Positions 29,843-38,028 of a DNA stretch of 64,000 nt are shown here, one piece after another (within the stretch, counting starts at the first letter, position 1; every line of letters starts with the position of its first letter). Both the position numbers and the translations under genes were made by a program. The stretch lies in assembly GCA_965232885.1 (NCBI GenBank), contig CBDDQX010000002.1:13993-77992 (forward strand), read 5' to 3'. This stretch comes from Dehalococcoidia bacterium (GTDB taxonomy: Bacteria > Chloroflexota > Dehalococcoidia > Lucifugimonadales > UBA3495). The notes beneath the pieces were generated by a model. That model worked only from the letters and a program-made list of their open reading frames with translations, ran no database searches and was not told the origin of the DNA.

Positions 29843-30871
29843 ATGAACCGTTCGGAAATCGTGGAATTCAGCGACACCGTGGAAATCATTGAGGAGTGCT
29901 ACCGGATGGGCTGGAGCGACGGCCTTCCGGTGGTGCCGCCGGTGGAGTACAAGGTGCGCGAAATGCTTGAACTCTCCGGCATGACGGGCGAAGAGGAGAT
30001 AATCACCTTCGATATGCGGCGGCGGGTTCTGACGTCGGAGAACGCTGCGGCCAACGCCGTGATGGCTGGCTGCCTGCCGGAGTATTTCCCCGTCCTGACC
30101 ACTGCCCTTCGGACGCTGGACGAAGAAAAGAACTACGTCAACATGGCCGCGTCATCCACCAGCTCCCCGGCCGTGCTGATGATTGTCAACGGCCCCATCC
30201 GGCACACGCTGGAGATGAACGCCCGCGATGGCATCTTTGGGCCGGGCAACCGCGCCAACGCCTGCTTGGGACGGGCCGTGCGGCTCTGCTTTATGAACGG
30301 CTTCGAGGCCCGCCCCGGCATCTTGGACCGCGGCACCCTCGGCAACCCCAGCAAGTACACTCTCACCTTCGCCGAAAACGAAGAGGACTCGCCGTGGGAA
30401 CCGCTGCACGTCAGCCGCGGGTTCCAGCCCGAAGATAGCTGCGTAACCATAGCCGTTGCCTACAACCCCATCACCGTCAACAACGCCTACGGCCAGAACG
30501 GAGAGATGATTCTCGCCTCCGTCGCCGACACCCTCAAGAGCGCCTGCTTGGCCTGGCGCTTCCCGGCTCAGTGGGCGCTGGTGTTCGGCCCGGAGCACGC
30601 CATCACTTTGAACGAAGGTGGATGGACGAGGCGAGGCATCCAGGAATACCTCATAGAGAACGCCGCCCGCCCACAGGCGGAACTGATCCGTCTCGGCATC
30701 GCTCAAGGCCCTGAGCGGGAAGGCGACGACCAACTGTTGCGGCGTTGCTCCCGTGAACCCGACGACATCATAATCGTCATGGGAGGCGGCACCGGCGGGC
30801 GAAACAGCGCCATCATAGACACCACCAACTACCAGATACGCACCCGCAAGATAGAAGTCGCGGGTCATTGA
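29843..30871 (+). CDS. Uncharacterised partner protein of UGSC-family proteins
   Basis: GWSDGLPVVPP, NAVMAGC.PEYFPV, IVNGP, GPGNRANA, GNPSKY, ENEEDSPW, GGGTGG. Confidence 0.8.
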   Translation: MNRSEIVEFSDTVEIIEECYRMGWSDGLPVVPPVEYKVREMLELSGMTGEEEIITFDMRRRVLTSENAAANAVMAGCLPEYFPVLTTALRTLDEEKNYVNMAASSTSSPAVLMIVNGPIRHTLEMNARDGIFGPGNRANACLGRAVRLCFMNGFEARPGILDRGTLGNPSKYTLTFAENEEDSPWEPLHVSRGFQPEDSCVTIAVAYNPITVNNAYGQNGEMILASVADTLKSACLAWRFPAQWALVFGPEHAITLNEGGWTRRGIQEYLIENAARPQAELIRLGIAQGPEREGDDQLLRRCSREPDDIIIVMGGGTGGRNSAIIDTTNYQIRTRKIEVAGH

Positions 30872-30960
30872 CGGGGCAGTTGAAAACTTCGCCGGAATAG
30901 TGTTCACTGGCAGCGGCAGGGAAACGACCCGGAATTTTTACAAGACACGGGGAGAGTATT

Positions 30961-31527
30961 ATGGCGGACACAGTTGCGGTCAGAGATGTCAGGTTGGTGA
31001 ATCCCTCGGGCATTGAGTTATCTGTTGGCGACTTCCGGTTGAACGACCGGCCCAATTCGCTGGAAGGGAAAACTCTCGGGCTGCTCGAAAACTCCAAGGC
31101 CAATTCCGACAAAGTCCTCAATGAGTTGGGCCATATCCTGCAGGAGAAGTATGGGCTGAAAGAAGTCCGGATGTTCAGCAAGCATTCCGCGTCCCTCCCA
31201 ACCAAGTCGGAAACCATCGAGGATATGCTGAACGGGGTGGACGTGCTCATCACCGGGGTGGGGGATTGAGGGTCCTGCAGTTCGTGCAGTGTGCACGACG
31301 GTATTGAAATGGAGCGCCTGGGCATTCCCACCGCCTCCATCATCACCCACGTCTTCAACAACACCGCCAAGGCCATGACCCGGATGATGGGCGTACCGGA
31401 CTACGAGTACGCCGTCGCCCCGCATCCGCTGTCCAGCCTCAGCGACGACGAGTGTCGGCAGAGAGCAGAGGCCCTTCTCCCCGAAGTCGAGCGGATTCTG
31501 CTGGGCAGCGTGGCCCGCGTGGAGTAA
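30961..31527 (+). CDS. UGSC-family selenoprotein (188 aa, Sec at codon 103), resembling the GrdB/PrdB C-terminal domain
   Basis: TGA at 31267-31269 joins two track ORFs in frame: GVGD-U-GSCSSCSVHDGIEMERLGIP...PHPL. Hairpin tcgtgca-gtg-tgcacga at 31282-31298. Confidence 0.88.
31282..31298 (+). promoter_or_regulatory. Candidate bacterial SECIS hairpin
   Basis: 7-bp perfect stem with a GU-containing loop, starting 12 nt after the UGA. Confidence 0.6.
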
Positions 31528-31574
31528 CCCCGTTCGGCCTGTAGTCATCCAGTTATCCGGGATGTCGTTCTTTC

Positions 31575-31710
31575 AGGGGCAGGTTGCGCACCTGCCCCTT
31601 ACCTTTTCGTGGCCCCAAGCCGTCATTACCGCGAAAGCGGAAACCCAGAGGTTTCCCGGATAGAGGTCTCTGCATCGGAGTGTATGGATTCCCCCGAAAA
31701 CGGGAATGAC
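31575..31710. repeat. REP cluster: AGGGGCAGGT...ACCTGCCCCT hairpin plus a family B pair (GTCATTxCCGCGAAAGCGG...GGGAATGAC)
   Basis: Inverted family B units at 31622-31646 and 31686-31710. Confidence 0.75.
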
Positions 31711-31767
31711 CGGGGTTTTGGCAGACCATTACCAACGCACGTTGATAATACCCGCACCGTTATATTA

Positions 31768-31823
31768 TTGAATCGCTATTAAGCGTTATGGTACTATCAG
31801 CTTGATTGTTAAATCTTTCACGA
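31768..31823 (+). promoter_or_regulatory. Promoter plus Rex-like operator upstream of the nuoE-like gene
   Basis: TTGAAT-18-TACTAT with TG extension. TTGTTAAATCTTTCACGA at 31806-31823 has 2 mismatches to TTGTGAA-N4-TTCACAA. Confidence 0.65.
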
Positions 31824-31877
31824 GCGAATCGGCGGGAGTGATGTGACTCTGAATTTCCCGCCCAGGAGTCCGGCCAG

Positions 31878-32384
31878 ATGGATGGTCTGGAACAGCGCAT
31901 AGAAAGGGCTGTCCGCGGTCAGACTCAGCCGACGGTTACGATCCTGTCATCCTTGTTGGCCGTCGAAGACGAACTCCACTACATTCCCCGAGAGGCCGTT
32001 GAACTGGTGGCCCAGTTTATGGGCGCCACGGTCAATGACGTCTGGGCGGTGGCGTCCTTCTACCCCAACTTTCGCTTCCAGCCTCCGGCGCAACGGCAGG
32101 TAGAGGTCTGCTGGGGAGCATCTTGCCACCTGATGGGCGCTATGGGCGTTGTGGACGCTGTCTTGGAGGCCGCCGGGCTGGAAAGTGAAGGTGAACGTTC
32201 CGACCATCGTCTGTCGGTGCGGCTCAACACCTGCCTCGGAGCTTGTTCTCAGGCTCCGGTAATGTCCTTCGATCACCACCTGGTGGGGCGCGTAAGTCCT
32301 GAGGCAGCGGCGTCTCGCGTTTGCCAACTCTTGCAAGGTGAGACACTGGCCGAACAACCCCGCGGTGAAGTCCATGTCTCCTGA
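31878..32384 (+). CDS. nuoE: NuoE-like [2Fe-2S] subunit
   Basis: VASFYPNF, CWGASC, CLGAC. Confidence 0.88.
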   Translation: MDGLEQRIERAVRGQTQPTVTILSSLLAVEDELHYIPREAVELVAQFMGATVNDVWAVASFYPNFRFQPPAQRQVEVCWGASCHLMGAMGVVDAVLEAAGLESEGERSDHRLSVRLNTCLGACSQAPVMSFDHHLVGRVSPEAAASRVCQLLQGETLAEQPRGEVHVS

Positions 32385-34101
32385 CTTCGAGCAACTGGAA
32401 ACGGAAGCCACACGACGCTGGGATGCGGAATCGAGACGTCCATGGCTGCGCGTTGGCACCGCCCTGTGCGGCCAGGCAGCCGGAGCCGATGCCGTTGTAG
32501 CTGCCCTGAAAAAAGCCCTGCATGACCAAGACGTGGATGCGCGCATCAGCGAAGTAGGGTGTATCGGCCTGTGTTACGCCGAGCCGTTGCTTGACGTCCA
32601 ACTGCCCGGCGGTCCCCGCGTGTTCTACGGCAACTTTGACCCGGAGCGGGCGACAGAGGTGATTTCCGCCCATGTCGCTGGCGGGCAGCCCGTGGAAGAA
32701 TTGGCGCTGGGCTACCTGGTTCCCGAAGGCGCCGGAGACGATTTCGCCCCTCCCCAGGGCCTGCGGAATTTAGCTCTCCATCCCATGCGCGCTTGGGAAA
32801 ACCGGATCGCCCTCCGCAATGCCGGCAACATAGACCCGCTGGATATCTACCAGTACATCGCAACCGGCGGTTATCGCGCCCTGAACCGTGCGCTGCTGGA
32901 AATGACCCCCGAAGATACCCTGCAGCAGGTCAACGAGTCTGGGCTGCGCGGTCGTGGCGGCGCTGCCTTCCCCACTGCCACCAAGTGGCGCTTCCTGGCG
33001 GGAAACCCCTCGCGGGACAAGTATGTTCTCTGCAACTGCGAAGAAGGCGACCCCGGCGCGTTCAACGACAAGGCAATCCTGGAGAGTGACCCTCATACGC
33101 TGGTCGAAGGAGTGATCCTCGCCGGGTACGCCACCGGCGCCAGCCGGGGATACATTTTCATCCGGCACGGCCACGACGGTCCCATAGACCGGTGCCGCGC
33201 CGCTGTCAGGCAGGCGCAGGAACTGGGTTTGCTGGGCGAGGACATCCTGGGTTCCGGGTTTAGCTTCGATGTGGAAGTTGCCCTGACCGGAGACTCATAC
33301 GTCGCTGGCGAGGAAAGCGCACTGATGGAGGCGATCGAAGGCAAGCGGGCCATGCCCCGCTTCCGTCCGCCTTTCCCGGCGCAGGTGGGGTTGTTCGGAA
33401 AGCCCACAAATATCAACAACGTAAAGACGTTGTCCTACGTGCCTGAAATAGTCTCCAAGGGCGGCGAATGGTTCGCCAGCATAGGCCATGAGCGCAGCAC
33501 TGGCACTGCTATCCTGTGCCTGTCCGGCGCCTTGAACTATACCGGAATGATGGAAGTGCCTTTGGGAATCAACCTTAAAGACGTACTGTATGACGCTGCG
33601 GGCGGCATCCGTGGCGGGAAAGCGCTGAAATTCCTGCAAACGGGCGGCCCGCTGGGCGGAGTGCTTGGCGCAGACAACGTGGACGTCCTGCTGGACTTCG
33701 AAATCCTGCGCAACGCCGGGGCCATTCTAGGCTCCGGGGGCATCATCGCCGCAGATGAAGATACGTGTGTGGTGGACCTGACACGGGCGCTGGTTGCTTT
33801 TTGCCAGTACGAGTCCTGCGGCAAGTGTTTCCCATGCCGCATGGGGATGAGCCACATTCTGGAAGTTCTGGAGCGTATTTGCGACCTCAGGGGAGAGCCG
33901 GAAGACCTGGATCTGATGCGCCGCACCGGGGAGAATATGCAGGCGGGGTCGCTGTGCGGACACGGCCAGTTGGGTTTCAATCCGGTGTCCTCGGCCCTCC
34001 GGTATTTCCCCAGCGAATTCGAGGCTCATATCCTTGAGCACAGATGCCCTACCGGAACCTGCAACAATCCCAGATTCTCTCCCAGCCGGTCTCGCCGGTA
34101 G
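32374..34101 (+). CDS. nuoF: NuoF/HoxF/HydB-like FMN and NAD(H)-binding subunit with N-terminal thioredoxin-like Fe-S domain
   Basis: SGLRGRGGAAFP, CNCEEGDPGAF, YVAGEESAL, NNVKTL, ESCGKCFPCR, SLCGHG, HILEHRCPTGTC. Confidence 0.9.
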   Translation: MSPDFEQLETEATRRWDAESRRPWLRVGTALCGQAAGADAVVAALKKALHDQDVDARISEVGCIGLCYAEPLLDVQLPGGPRVFYGNFDPERATEVISAHVAGGQPVEELALGYLVPEGAGDDFAPPQGLRNLALHPMRAWENRIALRNAGNIDPLDIYQYIATGGYRALNRALLEMTPEDTLQQVNESGLRGRGGAAFPTATKWRFLAGNPSRDKYVLCNCEEGDPGAFNDKAILESDPHTLVEGVILAGYATGASRGYIFIRHGHDGPIDRCRAAVRQAQELGLLGEDILGSGFSFDVEVALTGDSYVAGEESALMEAIEGKRAMPRFRPPFPAQVGLFGKPTNINNVKTLSYVPEIVSKGGEWFASIGHERSTGTAILCLSGALNYTGMMEVPLGINLKDVLYDAAGGIRGGKALKFLQTGGPLGGVLGADNVDVLLDFEILRNAGAILGSGGIIAADEDTCVVDLTRALVAFCQYESCGKCFPCRMGMSHILEVLERICDLRGEPEDLDLMRRTGENMQAGSLCGHGQLGFNPVSSALRYFPSEFEAHILEHRCPTGTCNNPRFSPSRSRR

Positions 34102-34159
34102 GGGACCCCACCCTAACCCTCCCCCAAAGGAAGAGGGGACTATTTAAGGCGGAGCGAAA

Positions 34160-36979
34160 ATGCCCGACGACATCACCATCACAATTGACGGGATAGAGGT
34201 AGCCACCCAGCCCGGCAAGATGGTCCTGGAAGCGGCCATTGACGCCGGGATTTACCTGCCTTATCTGTGTTACCACCCCGGAATGAAGCCCTACGCTGCC
34301 TGCCGGATGTGCGTTGTTGAAGTCGAGGGCCAGCGCGGCTATCCCGCCGCCTGTACACTCCCGGTGGCCGACGGCATGGTGGTTCGCAACCAGGCGGAGG
34401 AAGTTGACCAACTCCGCCGCTCGGTAATGGAAATGCTCATCGCCGAGCATCCCAACGGCTGTCTCACCTGCCATCGCATAGACATTTGCGGGCCTAACGA
34501 CGTCTGTCTCCGCCACGTATCGGTGAACGACCGTTGCGTTACCTGCCCCAAGAACGAGCGTTGTGAACTGAAGGACACCGTGCGTTACTTGGGCATGAAC
34601 CTGGAATCTCCTCTGGGCTACAAGTACCGCAACATACCCTTGGAGGTTGCTGACCCCTTTTACGACCGGGACTATAACCTCTGCATCGTTTGCGGGCGGT
34701 GCGTCCGCGCCTGCGAGGAACTGCGCGGAGACGACGCCATCGGATTTACCGAGCGCAGCGGTCAGGCACTGGTGGGGACCTCCTTCGGAACGTCGCTGCT
34801 GGAGTCAGGCTGCGAGTTCTGCGGGGCCTGCATAGACGTATGTCCCGTGGGCGCGTTGGTGGAGCGGGACCATAAGTGGGAGAAGGCGCGGCGGGTGGAG
34901 CGGTCTATCTGCCCCCACTGCCCGGTGGGTTGCCAGTTGAACCTGGAGTTCAACGGCAAAGACGAACTCATTCGCGCCGTGCCAGAGATAAACTCCCCCG
35001 CAAATAAGGGGCAAGCCTGTTTCAAGGGCAAGTTCGGATTGGAGTTTGTAAACGACCGCGACCGCCTGACGGCTCCCCTGATCAGGCGAGATGGAGTTCT
35101 GCAGGAATCAAGCTGGGACGAAGCGCTGGACTACATTGCCGAACGGCTGAGGGGAGTGAGCGGGCCGGAGTTCGCATTGCTGGCGTCGCCCACTGGCACA
35201 AACGAAGAGCTTTATCTGGCCCAGAAGTTCGCCCGCGTGGTGATGCGCTCCAACAACATAGATCTGACCTCCAATACAAATCCTGAATTGGTCTGGGGCC
35301 TGGAATCCACCCTGGGAATCCCGGCAGCCACCAACTCAATCTGGGATTTGGAAGAATCCGATTGCATCCTGTCGTTTAACAACAACGCCACTGAAGAGCA
35401 GAATGTCCTTGCGGTTCCCATCAAGCGAGCGGCCCGCAAGAATGCGAAGCTGGTGGTCATTGACTCGCGGGAAGTTGAGTTGACCCGGTACGCTCACCTA
35501 TGGTTGCGTCCTAGCCCCGGCACAGAGTTGCAGCTTTTGGGTGGAATCCTGCGCAGCATCCTGGACCAGGGTCTTGAACGAGAGGAATGGCTGGCCGAAA
35601 ACTGCGAGAGTCCTGCAACTCTGCACTACGCCCTCCGCTCACTGGACATGGACGAAGTGGAAGCCACAACCGGAGTCTCTGCCGAAGATATTGCGGAAGC
35701 CGCCCGTCTGTATGCCGGAGCTGACGCCGGGTCAGTGGTGTATGGACTGGACAACATTCCCGACAACCATGAACGAAACTGCGTTTTAGCCTTGGTGAAC
35801 ATGGCTCTGCTTACCGGCAACCTGAGCAAACCGGGCGCCGGTGTTTATCCCATGAGGCTGGGCGCAAACGAACAGGGCGGCTGGGACGTGGGCTGTCTGC
35901 CCAACCGTCTTCCCGGATATGGGTGGGTTTCCGAAGAGGCCGACCGGCAGGCTGTGGAAGCAGTCTGGGGCGCACTGGCGCCGGAAGAGTCCGGTCTTGG
36001 ACTGGCCAGGATTGTCGAAGCCGCCTGCGACGGCCGGTTCAGGGCAGCCGTGGTCATTGGCAACAGCCCTAATTTCAGCAATGGCCGACTGGGCAGTGCG
36101 ATAGACAATCTCGCCAAGGTGGACTTTCTGGTGGTTCACGACACTTTCCTCACGCCACTGGCGCAGAGAGCGGACGTGGTGCTGCCCAGAGTAACCTTCG
36201 TTGAGAAGAGTGGAACCTACACCAACCTTGAGCGGCGCGTGCAGCTACTCAAACAGGGTCTGCGCAAAGGTGACGATTCGCAACCGGAAAGCTGGATCCT
36301 TACCCAATTGGCCCAGCGGATAAACCCTATAGCGTTCCCTGAGATGACCCCTGCCCAGATTTTCGATGAAATCGCGCAGGTTGCGTCCATATATGGAGGC
36401 ATATCCCACGGACGGCTGGAAAAGGAAGGCTCTCTAATACTCCGAACCCAGGTTGATAGCCCACAGCCAACCCAAGTGCTTTATGCCAGTCGCCAGCACC
36501 GGGGATTGCAATGGCCCTGTCCTGACGCGGATCATCCGGGAACGCCAACCCTCTACTTTGGCGGATTCGGAGAACGTAAGGCCGAACCTCTAACCCCTGC
36601 ATTCAATCTGCCGGTCCCGGAGGCATCACCGGAATATCCACTCTGGTTCGCTCCGGGTCGCGTTCTGTTGCAGCAACACAGGGAAGTGGAAATTATCAAG
36701 GGCAAGCGCAATCGAATGCAGCGCGAGGAATGGGTGGAGATAAACCCGTCCGATGCTGCCGCCAATGGCCTCGCTGAAGGCGACAAGGTAAGAGTTGAGA
36801 CAACCGATGGGCTGGTGCCCGGCGTTGCCCGTTACAATCCCGGGCTTCCCCGGGGCGTGGTCGCTTCCACTTCCCTCTTCGGCCAGTTGGCTATCGATAT
36901 GGAGGCCAGCGAGGAATTCGACCCAGCCCCCCTAATTGGAGGGTTGGAGATTCGCCCCGCTCGCTTGATTAAAGATTGA
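34160..36979 (+). CDS. NuoG/formate-dehydrogenase-alpha-like Fe-S and molybdopterin-oxidoreductase-fold protein
   Basis: [2Fe-2S] LCYHP..CRMC..C, HxxxCxxC, CIVCGRC, CEFCGACIDVCP, CPHCPVGC..C.KG, ADVVLP, EKSGTYTN.ERR. Confidence 0.88.
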   Translation: MPDDITITIDGIEVATQPGKMVLEAAIDAGIYLPYLCYHPGMKPYAACRMCVVEVEGQRGYPAACTLPVADGMVVRNQAEEVDQLRRSVMEMLIAEHPNGCLTCHRIDICGPNDVCLRHVSVNDRCVTCPKNERCELKDTVRYLGMNLESPLGYKYRNIPLEVADPFYDRDYNLCIVCGRCVRACEELRGDDAIGFTERSGQALVGTSFGTSLLESGCEFCGACIDVCPVGALVERDHKWEKARRVERSICPHCPVGCQLNLEFNGKDELIRAVPEINSPANKGQACFKGKFGLEFVNDRDRLTAPLIRRDGVLQESSWDEALDYIAERLRGVSGPEFALLASPTGTNEELYLAQKFARVVMRSNNIDLTSNTNPELVWGLESTLGIPAATNSIWDLEESDCILSFNNNATEEQNVLAVPIKRAARKNAKLVVIDSREVELTRYAHLWLRPSPGTELQLLGGILRSILDQGLEREEWLAENCESPATLHYALRSLDMDEVEATTGVSAEDIAEAARLYAGADAGSVVYGLDNIPDNHERNCVLALVNMALLTGNLSKPGAGVYPMRLGANEQGGWDVGCLPNRLPGYGWVSEEADRQAVEAVWGALAPEESGLGLARIVEAACDGRFRAAVVIGNSPNFSNGRLGSAIDNLAKVDFLVVHDTFLTPLAQRADVVLPRVTFVEKSGTYTNLERRVQLLKQGLRKGDDSQPESWILTQLAQRINPIAFPEMTPAQIFDEIAQVASIYGGISHGRLEKEGSLILRTQVDSPQPTQVLYASRQHRGLQWPCPDADHPGTPTLYFGGFGERKAEPLTPAFNLPVPEASPEYPLWFAPGRVLLQQHREVEIIKGKRNRMQREEWVEINPSDAAANGLAEGDKVRVETTDGLVPGVARYNPGLPRGVVASTSLFGQLAIDMEASEEFDPAPLIGGLEIRPARLIKD

Positions 36980-37097
36980 TCCGGGCGATGTCCTTCCTAT
37001 TGGGGTTGCCTATAGGGGTTGAATGTAGGTTTTCCTCACGCGCCCGGATGCTGCGGGGTTCTTGGATGTGTGTAACTAATGGGATTAGGAGGGAGTC

Positions 37098-37868
37098 ATG
37101 GTAGACTCGATGACCAGCGGGGTTGTCAAAGACGTGGATCTCACCCCGAATCCCGCTTTCCCCAAGGCGCGCCTGGTCGAGCGTAGAGACATCACCGAAG
37201 AGTTGATGGTCATGAAACTGGAGCCGGAAGAGGGTGGAACCTTCACCTTCAAGCCGGGCCAGTATTGTACGTTGGGTCTGGGCCCCATCGAGCGGGCTTA
37301 TTCTATCGCGTCGGCTCCCCATGAAAGAGCTCTGGAGGTCTTCGTCGAACTGGTTCCCGACGGCGAACTCACGCCCCTGATGTGGCTGCTCCAGCCCGGA
37401 GACGCCATGTCCATCCGCCCCCGCGCCAAGGGCATTTTCACCATGGATAAGAAGGCGCACCACCACTTTATGCTGTCCACGGTCACCGGTGTGTCTCCGT
37501 CTGTGAGCATGGTGCGCGACTACCTGCACAACAACGGCGAAGGACATACTTTCTACGTCATTTTGGGAGCCAGCTATTGCGATGAATTGACTTACGACAA
37601 GGAGTTCATCAAGCTGGCTGAAGAGCATCCCGGCGTTGTCAAATTCGTGCCAACGGTGAGCCGTCCAAACGACCCGCGTAACAGGGGATGGGAAGGGCCT
37701 TCCAGACGAGTCAACGCCATAGCCGAAGAATACCTGGAAAAGTTCCAGCTCCCCAAGGACGATACGTTGGTCTATGCGTGTGGCCACCCAGGCATGATCG
37801 AAGACATGAAAGAAAAACTGCCCCCGAAAGGATGGCGCTTCAAGGAAGAGCGATTCTGGAAAGAGTAG
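37098..37868 (+). CDS. fpr: Ferredoxin/flavodoxin-NADP+ reductase
   Basis: FKPGQY, RAYSIAS, GELTP, TGVSP, YACGHPGM, ERFW. Confidence 0.88.
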   Translation: MVDSMTSGVVKDVDLTPNPAFPKARLVERRDITEELMVMKLEPEEGGTFTFKPGQYCTLGLGPIERAYSIASAPHERALEVFVELVPDGELTPLMWLLQPGDAMSIRPRAKGIFTMDKKAHHHFMLSTVTGVSPSVSMVRDYLHNNGEGHTFYVILGASYCDELTYDKEFIKLAEEHPGVVKFVPTVSRPNDPRNRGWEGPSRRVNAIAEEYLEKFQLPKDDTLVYACGHPGMIEDMKEKLPPKGWRFKEERFWKE

Positions 37869-38028
37869 TCGCGCCATAACCCCAATCGCTGCCGCTTGAT
37901 CCCTCTCCCTGATACGGAGAGGGAATTTATTCTGAATCCCCCTCCTCGATTAACGTTCCCCGGCTTTGTGTGGTATAGAATTATGCCAGCATGGCTACCC
38001 CAAGGCTAAACAGGGAAGGATATGTCCC

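Noticed and set aside
30869-30961. Read-through fusion of the partner gene with the UGSC gene at the TGA at 30869
   Set aside because: The two genes are in different frames and the UGSC gene has its own SD.
31716-31732. TTTTGGCAGACCATTAC as a possible IS end
   Set aside because: No matching inverted partner found nearby.
35245-35300. Possible Sec codon in the FDH-like subunit
   Set aside because: The frame is open with no TGA or Cys at the expected ligand position.
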